Shown in pieces: positions 26,195-39,829 of a DNA stretch of 64,000 nucleotides (position 1 is its first letter; every line of letters begins with the position of its first letter). Location of the stretch: positions 261,640,001 through 261,704,000 of the forward strand of contig OZ024740.1 of assembly GCA_964016885.1 (NCBI GenBank). Direction: 5' to 3'. The DNA comes from Eledone cirrhosa. Taxonomy: Eukaryota. Under the pieces are notes generated by a model. That model did no database searches and had not been told where the DNA came from. It saw nothing but the letters and a program-made list of their open reading frames with translations. Both the position numbers and the translations under genes were made by a program.

Positions 26195-26745
26195 GTCGAC
26201 AAACACATTCACACATGCGCCAACTTACACACGTACACACACTTACACACACGCACACACAGGCAGGCACACACATACATAATGGTATATATACACATAT
26301 GTACATACATACAAATACATACATTTCATACACATATGTACATACATACAAATACATACATTTCATACACATATACATATATATGTGTACATACATACGC
26401 ACACATATACACATACATATATACATATATATACATACACATATATACACACACATATATATATACATATATATTTATATACACATATACACATACATAT
26501 ACACATACATATACAGATATATACACATACATACACACATACACACACATTTATACATACATATACATATAAACGCACGCACACACACGCATACACATAT
26601 ATACGTATAGATACAAATACACACACATACACACTCATATATATATTCATACGTACACCTATACACACACATATATATACACATATATATACACACATAC
26701 ACATATATACATACACATACATATAAACACATATACACACACATT

Positions 26746-26777
<32 letters not shown>

Positions 26778-26806
26778 CATATATACACATATATATAAAT
26801 ATATAT
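26195..26806. repeat. Degenerate (AT/AC)n low-complexity tract
   Basis: Direct inspection. Confidence 0.9.
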
Positions 26807-26863
26807 GGCGTGAAATCAAAGACCATATCAATTGTGCTGCATCTCTGTTATATGTTCTCTGTT

Positions 26864-26905
<42 letters not shown>

Positions 26906-26990
26906 AAAGTTCTATTTAAATTGTTGGGATACAACAAGCAAATATTTTTATAACTGATATAAAGCACTCAACAAATATTTGGAGTAAAAA

Positions 26991-27434
26991 TACGATATTA
27001 ACAAATGGAAACTATATTTATAAAACCATATTTATTTCATTATACATATTTCAAGGACACCAAGTTAAATTATGGTGTGCTTTCATCAGATAAAATATAA
27101 TATGGATCAGTTTTATAAATAAATATTGACATACCTTTAAAGAATGCAACCATTACTGTTGGAAGCTCCCGGATAGTGGAGTTGTAGCTTTAATTATATT
27201 ATTAGTATTAATTATATTAATACTAATAATATAATTAAAGCTACAACTCCACTATCCGGGAGCTTCCAACAGTAATGGTTGCATTCTTTAAGGGTATGTC
27301 AATATTTATTTATAAAACTGATCCATATTATATTTTATCTGATGAAAGCACACCCTAATTTAACTTGATGTCCTTGAAATATGTATAATGAAATAAATAT
27401 GGTTTTATAAATATAGTTTCCATTTGTTAATATC

Positions 27435-27437
<3 letters not shown>
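26991..27437. repeat. Fold-back element with about 220-bp arms; hammerhead in each arm (27033-27097 -, 27331-27395 +)
   Basis: Arms nearly identical around a centre at about 27213; ttttat CTGATGA aagcacacc...ggtgtcctt GAAAT atgt ATA atgaaa. Confidence 0.88.
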
Positions 27438-27485
<48 letters not shown>

Positions 27486-27542
27486 CATATACATACATAC
27501 ACATACATATATACATACATTCTCACACATACACATATACAC

Positions 27543-27575
<33 letters not shown>

Positions 27576-27919
27576 CATACAAATTCACACATATATACAC
27601 ATATATATATATACACATACATATACTATACACATACATACACAAATACACATATACATACATATATATACATACATGCACATACACACACACACGCATA
27701 CATACACTGACACATACATATATGTATATATATATATATATGTGTATATATACACATATATATATGTGTGCGTCTGTATATATTACATGACTTACATTTA
27801 TATATATATGTGTGTGTGTATATTACATTACATACACACACACACATCTATATATTATATTATATATATATATACACTCACAGATGTATGTCTATACACT
27901 CACAGATGTATATATATAT

Positions 27920-28002
27920 ATTTATTAAAATAACAGATTAAAGTTTAAGCAAAGAATCGCTGCTTTCACCCTTAAACTTTAATCTGTTATTTTAATAAAT
28001 AT
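27920..28002. repeat. Short inverted repeat (about 30-bp arms)
   Basis: atttattaaaataacagattaaagtttaag versus cttaaactttaatctgttattttaataaat. Confidence 0.8.
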
Positions 28003-28088
28003 TTGCTCTACGGTTCTTATATATTTGATATATATTTATCCTTATCGAGCCCTCTTTGGATTTTAGTCTTCAAATTTATTATTATTAC

Positions 28089-28111
<23 letters not shown>

Positions 28112-28119
<8 letters not shown>

Positions 28120-28375
28120 ATACTTGGGGAGGGTCATATTTGTGTAATAATATTGCCAGAATTAATAACAGAACACACTCACTGTTTAGTTGGTTTTCGC
28201 TTCTGTGTCCTTTATATCGGTTAATTTAATTTATTCGGTCCTCAATGTTACCATTGACTGACCAACGGTCAAAAATACAGATACAATATAGACACAAACA
28301 CATATATATAGTCTAACAAAGTTATTCTGGCAATATTATTACACAATTATGACCCTCCCCAAGTATAACAATATT
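28112..28375. repeat. Inverted repeat (about 50-bp arms) between (AT)n tracts
   Basis: attgttatacttggggagggtcata...gccagaat versus attctggc...tatgaccctccccaagtataacaat. Confidence 0.8.
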
Positions 28376-28438
28376 TGTTTCGACACACGATTTCATATCA
28401 AAAACCTCGCGAAACTAATATATATACTCCCCAAGTAT

Positions 28439-28473
<35 letters not shown>

Positions 28474-28508
28474 TATATATACATATATACATATATACAT
28501 ATATACAT

Positions 28509-28581
<73 letters not shown>

Positions 28582-28586
28582 TATAT

Positions 28587-28709
<123 letters not shown>

Positions 28710-28990
28710 CATCTGTGAGTGTATAGACACGCATCTATTCACTACTACTATTATATATATATATGAATAAGTATATAATAGATAAATGTATATATGTGGG
28801 TGCACATAATATGCACGCAAGTATATTTACATACGCACATATCCACATACATGTATTAGATGTAATTTCCTACCACATTTTTTCTTTGCATCTCCCATTT
28901 CATTTTTTTTTTTAATAAAAAAGAGCTTTGAGCTATGCAATTATTTTCAGTTGAAACTAGACTAATGCTTAGATGAAAATGTTTGCAAGC

Positions 28991-29065
<75 letters not shown>

Positions 29066-29876
29066 ATCAATATTATTATTATTATTGTGATGTATTTGTC
29101 AGAAATATTTCCTGCGGTTAACCCAAAACAACAACAACAAGAAAAATAAACAAAACAATTCAAAATGGTGTTCGCCTTCACCCACAACTAACCCCGCTAT
29201 GAAATATCTCCCCACTCCCTGAACCATAAGACGAACAATGAGGGATACATATATATCTAATGTATCATCACAATAATATTAATATATATATATATTCATA
29301 TATATGTAAAACCACTCCATTTAAAAAAAAATTTAATATATTTCGAAATATTTGAAAAAAAAAATCACTGCTGCTATTATATCTTGTCATGTAGAATGAG
29401 ATTTCGACAAGAATCTCCCTCTTCACCGATCAATGAAGTCGCTCGTTTCCAGCATCTATAAAGAAAGCCTATTAGGGAACATTTTTCATGAAAGTTTTCA
29501 GAAAGGCAGGAGGTTTCATGGAGAGGCTACACATTTACCAGCGGAGTGAAGCTTCAATAATATTTGAATGTCCAGTAATATTAGTTTTTAGCAATGAATT
29601 CGGCATTTGACGTTATAATATCAGATATATAGACAATTTTCCCCGGAAAGTGAATAAAATATATTGTTTAATGCGCACGCATTAGTTCACGTAACATACA
29701 TAAATATTTATTGATGGTGCCTCACTATGGTCGTAGTATAGTGACTGAAATCAATAAAGGGATTAAAGAGTATATAAACTAGTAACCCCTAACCTATCAA
29801 TCTATCTATCTTTTTATATATTCTTCTCTGCTGGACGCCCAAGTCCCCCGGGGAGATAAACTGGAGACAATATTCT

Positions 29877-29915
<39 letters not shown>

Positions 29916-29918
<3 letters not shown>

Positions 29919-30612
29919 AATAAACAGGCTGTGTAGTTGGTGGATAAAGAGTACTTATAAAAAGAGGAAAGCAAGAACGGGAGAAAATTTTCCTTCATCA
30001 GTTGTCTGTTGGGGGTCGTGGACATTTCAACGCATTAAAGACAATATATCTCACCCCAGGGCGTCAATAACCCAAGAAAGTTATTGGGGGGAAAAAGGAA
30101 AGAGAGAAAAAATAGTAACAGAAGGGAAGAGGGAAGAAAATGGATAAAACAGCGAAAAAAAAGCGAAAAAAAAAAACGGGAAGCAACAAACCGAAGGGGG
30201 AAACCCGAAGCACATGTGTGTGAGCAACTGGAAGAGAGGGAAAAATTAAAGTCGACACCAATTACTAAACATGAGTTCGAGATTGGTGTGGACGAGAGAA
30301 AAGAACACGTTTGACCCCCCGCAAGAGTAAATGAGAAAGAGACAGCTAGAGGAGCAGGCGAGAGAAACAGTTAGGTGGCTAGCAGAGAGAGGGAGAGTGA
30401 AAGTGAGAGGGAAGAGTTGATAGCAACAACATAGATAGGGAGAAAGAGAGGATAGGTCACAGCGAAACTTGATACAAATTTAAGAATAAACGGGCTGTGT
30501 AGTTAGTGGATACGGAGTACTTATAAGAGGAAAGCAAGAACGTGAGAACATTTTCCTTCTTCAGCTGTCTGCTGGGGGTCTTGGACATTAAAGACAATAT
30601 GTCTCACCCCAG
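29916..30612 (-). repeat. Diverged about 140-bp direct repeat (period about 570 bp) between (AT)n tracts
   Basis: aagaataaac...tctcaccccagg occurs at 29916-30060 and 30482-30612. Confidence 0.75.
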
Positions 30613-30824
30613 GAACGCGTGTATATATGTATATGGTTATAAATCTATTAACACTTCACCATCACTGATTCTGGTTGTCATTAGTTTTAGTTTCTATTAA
30701 TTTCCTAGGTAATTTTTTACCAACTGCTTTGGTTAAGTGTTATATCTTTTTAAAATCTGCTTTCTTGCTTCAATTTACTATATTTTGTGTGGACCACTAA
30801 AATTCTTATATGGACCTTCAGGGA

Positions 30825-30899
<75 letters not shown>

Positions 30900-30900
<1 letters not shown>

Positions 30901-31246
30901 TTCGATTTCGAGCAATGCCATCGCTTGATACTTAACGATGAGCATCATGGACGTGGCGTTTTATTCCTGCTAGGGACTTGCCTAGCCTGTGGCCAGCCAT
31001 GCTATGGATCGCAAAAAATGTCACATATCAAGCGATGTCTGTGCCTGAAACTTTTTTAAGTGAGGAAAGGCTTCGCAAGGGGCGAATCCCACTCTCTGAA
31101 CATCAAATGCATTTACCCCAAAAGTAGAACTGGTCTACATCTCCTACAGAGATGTTTTAATGAAAACAAGGAGTCTCTCGCTCCTAAAAAAAAAAACAAA
31201 AAAAAATATTGGATGGCCGTTGACTCTCCTGACACCCCCCGCCCTT

Positions 31247-31248
<2 letters not shown>
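30900..31248 (-). mobile_element. Probable RTE-derived short element with (GT)n tail
   Basis: Shares the agagtcaac.gccatccaa motif with the element at 31303-31740. Confidence 0.4.
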
Positions 31249-31302
<54 letters not shown>

Positions 31303-31308
<6 letters not shown>

Positions 31309-31740
31309 ACTCTCCCGTCGATATCCGACGTATGAGTGTCAAACAAGGGTTAAATATGAGAAAGTGAACTGATGCTGAACTATCCACACAAAGTTTTGTT
31401 TTAAGTGGTGAAGGCTTGTGTAGGACCAACCACACTTTTTGGAACTGACGACACATATCTTCGGTGCAAATATTTGCCACGGAAAATACGACAGCCGTCA
31501 GCTTTTTATGCTTCGGAGTTTAACCTCTCCGTAAAAAAAAAAATACTATTTGGATGGCTGTTGACTCTGCTGAGTTCCTCCGCCCGGTCTTGCATTTCAT
31601 ACAGCAGGGTGTTCAAATATCACCTTCCTCACGAAGCAAGCTTGGTGGAATTGCCAGTTTAGTCGCCGACGACCCGACCATGAGACAGGTTGTACTGGGT
31701 TACATGTTACCACTAGCTCTCGAGAGCGACCTGACTTAAT
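31303..31740 (-). mobile_element. Probable RTE-derived bipartite non-autonomous element
   Basis: RTE-like 5' UTR (ggtcgggtcgtcggcgactaaactgg) joined to an RTE-like 3' end (gacgggagagtccatcat); recognised from memory. Confidence 0.5.
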
Positions 31741-31782
31741 ATATATATATATATACATATACGTATATATATATACATATAC

Positions 31783-31860
<78 letters not shown>

Positions 31861-31990
31861 GCACAAAGGTATCCACTGTAAGTTGTGGGGTCTATTCTGT
31901 ATGAAGAACTCAATGTAATCCATATGCTGAAAATGTTGTAGGTTAAGATAAATCTCAGAATAAAACATTAAAAGGAAAACAGAGTCATGA

Positions 31991-32337
31991 TATAAGTTAA
32001 AACAATGAAATAAAAAATCAACTCATTAGAGATATACTTCACTGCTTTACGACCGTTTCTAGATGGTGATAATACATTGTATCTATACTCAGTTATTGAT
32101 CTATGTAAGTTTACAAACTATCAGATAGAGAGAATATTTACTTACATGCATATCACCAGCTGTTTGAAAACAGCTGGTGATATGCATGTAAGTAAATATT
32201 CTCTCTATCTGATAGTTTGTAAACTTACATAGATCAATAACTGAATATAGATACAATGTATTATCACCATCTAGAAACGGTCGTAAAGCAGTGAAGTATA
32301 TCTCTAATGAGTTGATTTTTTATTTCATTTGTTTTAA

Positions 32338-32343
<6 letters not shown>
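31991..32343. repeat. Near-perfect palindrome with about 175-bp arms; degenerate hammerhead in each arm
   Basis: Centre about 32166; CTGARTA tagat...atcta GAAAC ggtc GTA. Confidence 0.88.
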
Positions 32344-32382
<39 letters not shown>

Positions 32383-32392
<10 letters not shown>

Positions 32393-32699
32393 AAACGAAA
32401 AATCAGTAATGCATCCGGACTCAATTTATTGTGTTACAATTGTTTCGCCGCCAGACAGCTCGAGGCACGATCATTGTATGGATCTGTCTTATTCTAGAAC
32501 TGCAGGTTTGTCGACACTTGCAATAATTTCGCAGTGAGAAAATTTGTTCCGAAATTATTGCAAGTGTCCGACAAACCTGCAGTTCTAGGATAAGACAGAT
32601 CCATACAATGATCGTGTCTCGAGCTGTCTGGCGGCGAAACAATTGTAACACAATAAATTGAGTCCGGATGCATCACTGATTTTTCGTTTTATATTATAT
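32383..32699. repeat. Fold-back with about 150-bp arms; hammerhead remnant in each arm
   Basis: Loop about 32532-32549; gtgt CT--CGA gctgtctggcggc GAAAC aatt GTA acac. Confidence 0.88.
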
Positions 32700-32770
32700 C
32701 ACACTCTGCTCTGTAAGAACATAGAGTGCTCAACTGGCATACCGCCTTTGGAAGCATCATAGCTACCATT

Positions 32771-33525
<755 letters not shown>

Positions 33526-33636
33526 TTCCGGATCTATAAAACATCTGATGTATTTACATTGAGCTATTTTTCTTACTGGTAATAAGGTAGTAATGAATTA
33601 CTGACTTTTCCTGTTTATAATTGCATATAGTGTATA

Positions 33637-33699
<63 letters not shown>

Positions 33700-34326
33700 G
33701 GCCGCACATGTGTGAAGACAGTGCAAATCTGCGAGGGAAAGGTTCGTAACTTTAAACTGTTTTAAAGTGTCATTTTTTTGTATTTTCTTGTCGTTAACGA
33801 AACTTAAGGTACACATCTTGATTTAAAGAGAGGGATACCTCTCAATATTCGGGCTTTAAGCCCGAATATTCAGTTTTATTTTAAAAAACTTCGAAAAAAA
33901 TTGCTTCCACACCAAAAAAAATTATGGAAAAATTCGACCTTGAAACGGTAAACAACGTTCAGGTCAAAAGTTTAAAGGCAGCCACTGTAGATTTTACCAC
34001 GACTACGACGGCTACAGTCATGCCTGTCATCCACTCTACTGAATGTGAAGGCAAAACTCAACCTTCTGTGATAGCAGCAGTATCATCTGAAAACGACATC
34101 ACCACCAACGCCACCACCACCACCACCACAACAACAACTCAGAGCAATAACGACAGTAACATCGACAGCTTCAATGTAAACACGGATGGCGGTGGCAACA
34201 GGATCAACAAACAAAACAACAACAACAACACCAATAACAACAGCAAGAATGACAACTCCAACAATAAGAGCATCAGAAACACCACATTTGCTGCAGCAGC
34301 AGCAAAAACAAAGCGCTTATTGAATA

Positions 34327-35610
34327 CTAGCATTAAAGCCCGGCGTTGCTCGGGGTCATTAAGTTACCAAAGTTAGGTTGCACCACCCATTTTATGGCAG
34401 CACTTTTTTGTCTGCCAGGCACTGGGTGAATGAATTGCAGACCTGGAAGCATGAGCTGCGCCAGCAGTGGCAATTGTAGTTTCGCCTATGGATATTATCT
34501 CTGTGCAAAAAAGTGTTGAAATTTATTGTTTCACAGTACTTGCGCAACACGCGTGTAGACGATGCCAGCCGAACAACAGAGCTGCGATGGAGTTGTTCTG
34601 CATGGTTGTCTGTGTGTTTTCTAAATTTAAGACAGTAGGGAGGGTTGTGATATGAGGGAGAGTTAGCTGTTGTTTCTAGCAGGTTTAGTGACCTCATAGA
34701 GGATATGTGTTTTCTAAATTTAAGACAGTAGGGAGTGGTGTGATATGGAGGAGAGTTAGCTGCTGTTTCTAGCAGGTTTAGTGACCTCATAGAAGATATG
34801 TTTTCTAAATTTAAGACAGTAGGGATGGGTGTGATATGGGGGAGAGTTAGCTGCTATTTCTAGCAGGTTTAGTAACCTCATAGAGGATATGTGTTTTCTA
34901 AATTTAAGACAGTAGGGAGTGGTGTGATATGGGGGAGAGTTAGCTGCTGTTTCTAGCAGGTTTAGTGACCTCATAGAAGATATGTTTTCTAAATTTAAGA
35001 CAGTAGGGAGGGATGTGGTATGGGGGAGAGTTAGCTGCTGTTTCTAGCAGGTTTAGTGACCTCATAGAGGATATTATTGTTTATCATTATCTATAAAAGG
35101 CAGATTGTTGTTGTTGTTGTTGAAGTGAGTGTGTGTTTGTATGCGTTTGGAAAAGAGGTTTTAAAAAAGATTTATCGCTTGTTGTTGAATAAATGTATCT
35201 GTTGCTTTTGAATAATTGTCGTTTCGTATGAAATGTAATAATTTGAAGTATAAAAGAGAAAGTAGCAAAATGTGTGGGTTGTAGATAGAGGTATGCAGAT
35301 GATATGACAGAGTAATACGGACAGTATCACCATCAAGCTGAGAAAGAGAAAGTAGCAGAAAGTATGAAGTTGTATAGATTTTGAATGGTAGTGGAAAGAG
35401 TTTAGCAGTATAAATGACAGAAAAATCGTAAAATATTGAGTTTTATCTATTTTTTGCGTAATTGTGGGTGAAATTGAAAAAATGAGATGTGCCAAGACGC
35501 AATCGAAACTATTTCGAATACTGAAATGTAAATTTCAATTGAAGAAATTCTATATCGTAGATTTCTATAAGAAAGGAGCATGACCACACACTGAGCTTTA
35601 TAGATTATGA
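34327..35610 (-). mobile_element. Non-autonomous Helitron, 1284 bp
   Basis: Minus strand 5'-TC at 35610; 3' hairpin cccgagcaacgccggg plus CTAG at 34327. Inserted between A and T with no TSD. Removing it restores the LINE ORF1 frame. Confidence 0.9.
34612..35073. repeat. Five tandem units of alternating 93/91 bp inside the Helitron
   Basis: ctaaatttaagacagtaggg at 34621, 34714, 34805, 34898 and 34989. Confidence 0.92.
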
Positions 35611-38600
35611 TTGATATTGATATTAGCGATAAAGACGAACAGTTGACCAAAGCGTGGAGGCTAATTAAACGGGAGAAGTCCTGGGCAAACCTGACCATCC
35701 CGGACGAGGCAATAGCGGCCATGCAAAGGAGGACGGTGTTCTTTCGATGTATTTCGGTGCAGACACGAAAAGTGGAACTTGCGAGCCAAGCAGAGGTCGA
35801 GGCTGCTTTGGAGTACATCGGAAGTAACATAGAGTACAAAGGAAGAGGCAAACAGTTCGGTACCATCTCGGTACTGTTCAAAACCGAGGCCCTCGCTATT
35901 AAGCACTCGGTGACCCCCTGCAGAACGGAACGCATTATCATGCATCCGTCCTACATGGGTAAAAGGACAGTAAAGGTACGCATTCCCAGCATCCCACCAG
36001 GAATGAACATATGGTGGCTGCTGGGATGCGTAATCGAGGAGGGGACATACACTACCCTCCTGGATATCGAAAGGACAGAGAGAGAGAGGTCTGGTCCGGA
36101 ATGGATTTGGAGATTCTTCTCCAAATGAAACCGGAGGATATGAATAACATCCCGGATTTTGCCCGCCTGCAGGACGGGACAACAATCCAACTAATCATTA
36201 ACGGAAGAAAGCCACGCTGCTTCGTGTGCGGGGAAGCAACGCATCTTCAAGCCCTCAGCGCAAAAATGCAGGGGGTCGCAAACCTCCTTTGTTGCCAACG
36301 CCAGTGTCAGCACGGAAAGCTGCACCACCACCAAAAACAACACCAACAAAAACACGGACACCAACATCAAAAACAGCCGGATCACCACCAACACCAAAAC
36401 CAATGCAAGGAGAAAACGAGGAAAGCTCTCCCACTCCCCCTACCCCCCCCCCAATTATACACATAGACAAAACAATAAACGGACACACAGACACAGATAC
36501 ACTCACAGACACAGACCCTTTGTCTTCCAGCAGCGAAGATGAACGAAAACCCAAAAGTGCAAAAAAACAGAGAAAACTCACAAAAAAGCCCCAACAAAAC
36601 ACAAAAACATACACAAAAAAAATACAGACACCACTAACGCAAACACTTCCCCAATGACATCATCACCAACAGCAACATCGACACCACCTCCACAATCTCC
36701 GAAACGCAAACAACCTAAACAAACACAAGTACAAATAAACACACAAATACCTGAAATTGCAGACACCACACCTACAACAAACATAGACATACCCGAAACA
36801 ACACCACCAAAACCATCACCACCACAGTCACCAAAACGAAAACAAATAAAACCACACCAACAAAATGTTAAAAACTTCGTGCTTGTCAGAAGGGCCAACG
36901 ATAAACTGATGGCCCTCTTAGCACGAAGCGAGGACATTCAAACAGAGGGGGAGATTTTTGAAATGAGCACATTTTGCGTGCCAGAAGATTTGCTTCTGGT
37001 CCGAATGTCACTCAATTCCTTCAAAGAAATTCGAGAGAGCTTTCCTCAAGACATGGGAACCCCGAATTTGAAACCCACATTAAGACTTTTAAAGGGGTTC
37101 CCAAAAGAAACCCCACCAACCATGGAGGTCGAACCACCCGACCTTCACAAGACCCCGGGAGGTAAGTAAACCTTCCCCCTCTCTCCTAGCTTGCCAGCAT
37201 GGCCATATTAAGAGTAGGAAGTTTAAATGTTCGCGGCCTGGTGTCACCCTGGAAGCAGGGTCGCCTGCTCAACGACCTCCGGTCGCTGGAAATGGATGTG
37301 ATTGCCGTCAGCGAGACCAGAATTTCCGACTGCGCGCACTAGCCCCCATTTTCGACGACTATCAGATCTTCGCATCTGTTAGCAGGCCGGGAATGGGGGT
37401 GGGGTGGCAGTGCTGTTTAGGAAAGGGCTGGATCTCGAGCTAAGGTCGATCTTCCGGGACCCGGACGGTAAGTTGGTGGTCTTGGATGTGAGCAGTAGCG
37501 AAGGTGGTGCCTTTAGACTGCTGGCCGTTTACGCCCCTACAGGGGCCGGACGACCTGACTTCTTTAGGCGCCTGGAGACCTTTCTGGGGACGTCTCGCCC
37601 TTTACTGTTAGCGGGGGAGTGGAATGGCATCTTAGACGCACGCTGGGATTGTGTGGGAGTAGCCGATAGGAGCGGGTGGTGCAAAAGCCTCAAGCACCTA
37701 CTCAGCCAGTTCCAACTGTCTGACAGGTATCGACTAGATTTCCCCAATGTGCCAGTATGGACATGGATCAACCGAATGGGGTCATCTAGATCGTATATAG
37801 ACAGGATCTTCATTAGGAAAATAGATAGAAATAGTGTGGGCTGTCCACTTTTTAAAACGGTCGCCTATTCAGATCACAAATTTGTGATCTGTACGGTCGA
37901 CCTAAATAAAACGCGTAGGTTAGGACCGGGTTACTGGAAGCTGAACATGTCATTTCCGGCACGTAAGGCTTACAGGGACCGAGTCAACAATTTAGTTAAG
38001 CAAAAGTTGACAGGGGGGATCATAAACAACAGATGGTGGATGGCGCTCAAAAGAGAGATTAGAGTAACTTCGATAGAGTTCAGCAAAGAACTAGCGTTAG
38101 AGAAAAATAGAAAGGAGGGGGAGCTGGTAGATAAGTTGGACGAGGCTATTTGTAGTGGCATCGTAACTGACGTGCTAGCGGCGATAATGGCATTAGACCA
38201 TTTCTTCAATGCGAAACACGAAGGTTGCATTGTCAGAGCTAAGGCGCGTGCGCTGAGAAACGAGGGAACTAAAGCTGTTCGATGGGCCCGTGTGGCGGAG
38301 GCGCAGCGTGGTAATAAAACCACAATTCGGGCTTTGGCGGACAGAGACGGACACGAGATAAGCAATTCCAAGCGGATGTGTGAGGCCTTTCGCCAGCACT
38401 TTGCTCGGTGGTTCAGGGAGAGTGGCGACTCAGAGAGAGTAGCGGATTTCAGTCCCTACCTTGACGGCTTGCCGCGCATCTCGACGGTCGACGCTGAGCG
38501 CTGCGAAAGGCCGATTACTTCAGCCGAAATTCAGGACGCCCTTGTCGGCTGCATAAGGCGCCAGTCACCCGGTTTGGATGGCCTGCCCTACGAGCTTTAT

Positions 38601-39018
38601 GCAAATATGCCAGACTTGTTTTCCGAACTCCTCGAAGCACTCTACTGCAACTGGCAGCAGAATGGGAGTATTCCCAGTTCTGTGAGCAGGGGAGTGGTTA
38701 CGCTGATAAGGAAAGACGAGAACAAGAGGGATACATTAGACAACTTCAGGCTCATAACTCTGCTCAACACAGAGTTTAAGATTTTGGCCAAGGTGTGAGC
38801 AAAGAGATTGGCGCTCGTCGTCGAGGATTTGGTTGGGGAGGCGCAAACTGTTCGATGGGCCCGTGTGGCGGAGGCGCAGCGTGGTAATAAAACCACAATT
38901 CGGTCTTTGGCGGACCGAGCCCTCTACGTGGAGGGCTGGGCATGCCGTGGCTAATGATGCGCAGGCACACGCTGAGGCTGCGGCACACACTTATATATAT
39001 ATACATATATATATATAT

Positions 39019-39083
<65 letters not shown>

Positions 39084-39270
39084 TATATGGTAGCTCCCCT
39101 GTTTTATTGATGCCACACACACTCTCTCTCTCTAGTGTGTTACCCTTTCAACATATTGTATTTTAAAGAGCTCAGGATTCCTTTTCCTTTGAGCACATTA
39201 TTTACCGGGAATAACGAGGGTCTATGGCTCCGTTAATTTATCGTGATATATATATATATATATATATACA

Positions 39271-39400
39271 CATCATCATCATCATCAGGTCGAGCTTGCT
39301 CGGCTTTCTACGACACGTTTCCTCCATCCATCTCTGTCTCTCATAGCGTTTGCCAGTTCTTCCGCAGTGCATCCAGTATCGTCCTCAAGTTCCATATTAA
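39271..39400 (-). mobile_element. RTE-like LINE 3' tip
   Basis: LEDDTGCTAEELANAMRDRDGWRKRV...ST* followed by (GAT)n. Confidence 0.65.
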
Positions 39401-39829
39401 ATTCACGCATAATCGATACATATAAAATGTATACTGATTATGTTTCTCAATAAAAAAAACCCCAAACTCAATGAACATTAGTTCAGAACACAAAATGTAC
39501 TAAAATTGAGTGTGAGTATTGAGTGTGAGTGTTTGAAAAAATTGAATAAGTACTATTTGTGTTACACATGGCCACAAAGACCAGAGCAAGCTAACCTCAG
39601 CTGTTTTACAAACCAAGTAATAATTGAAAAACAAATTAAAAACACGAGAAAGAATGAATACTCAATGATACAACAGTGTGGGAGAAATCTCTTACTTATA
39701 CGGCTGGTAGTAAATTATATTTACTACCAGCCGAATTATGGTTTGTAATTGAAATAGAAATAGAAGCTTCACCATAATATTTTCACTAAAAAATATAGTC
39801 TAAATGACAGTAAGCATACACATACGCGA

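Larger units (their letters stand above)
33700..38990 (+). mobile_element. Tx1/L1-clade LINE: 5' UTR, ORF1 split by a Helitron, ORF2 EN and start of RT, rearranged and truncated 3' end
   Basis: Starts after (ATT)n. ORF1 from 33924 with a CFVCGEATH knuckle, ending at 37169. ORF2 ATG at 37199 (MAILRVGSLNVRGL) and the 464-aa ORF 37404-38798. Confidence 0.92.

Noticed and set aside
28370-28415. GAAACAAATATTGTT (minus strand) as a hammerhead half
   Set aside because: No CUGANGA partner found.
34612-35073. Regular repeats resembling a CRISPR array
   Set aside because: No unique spacers, no cas genes, eukaryotic context.
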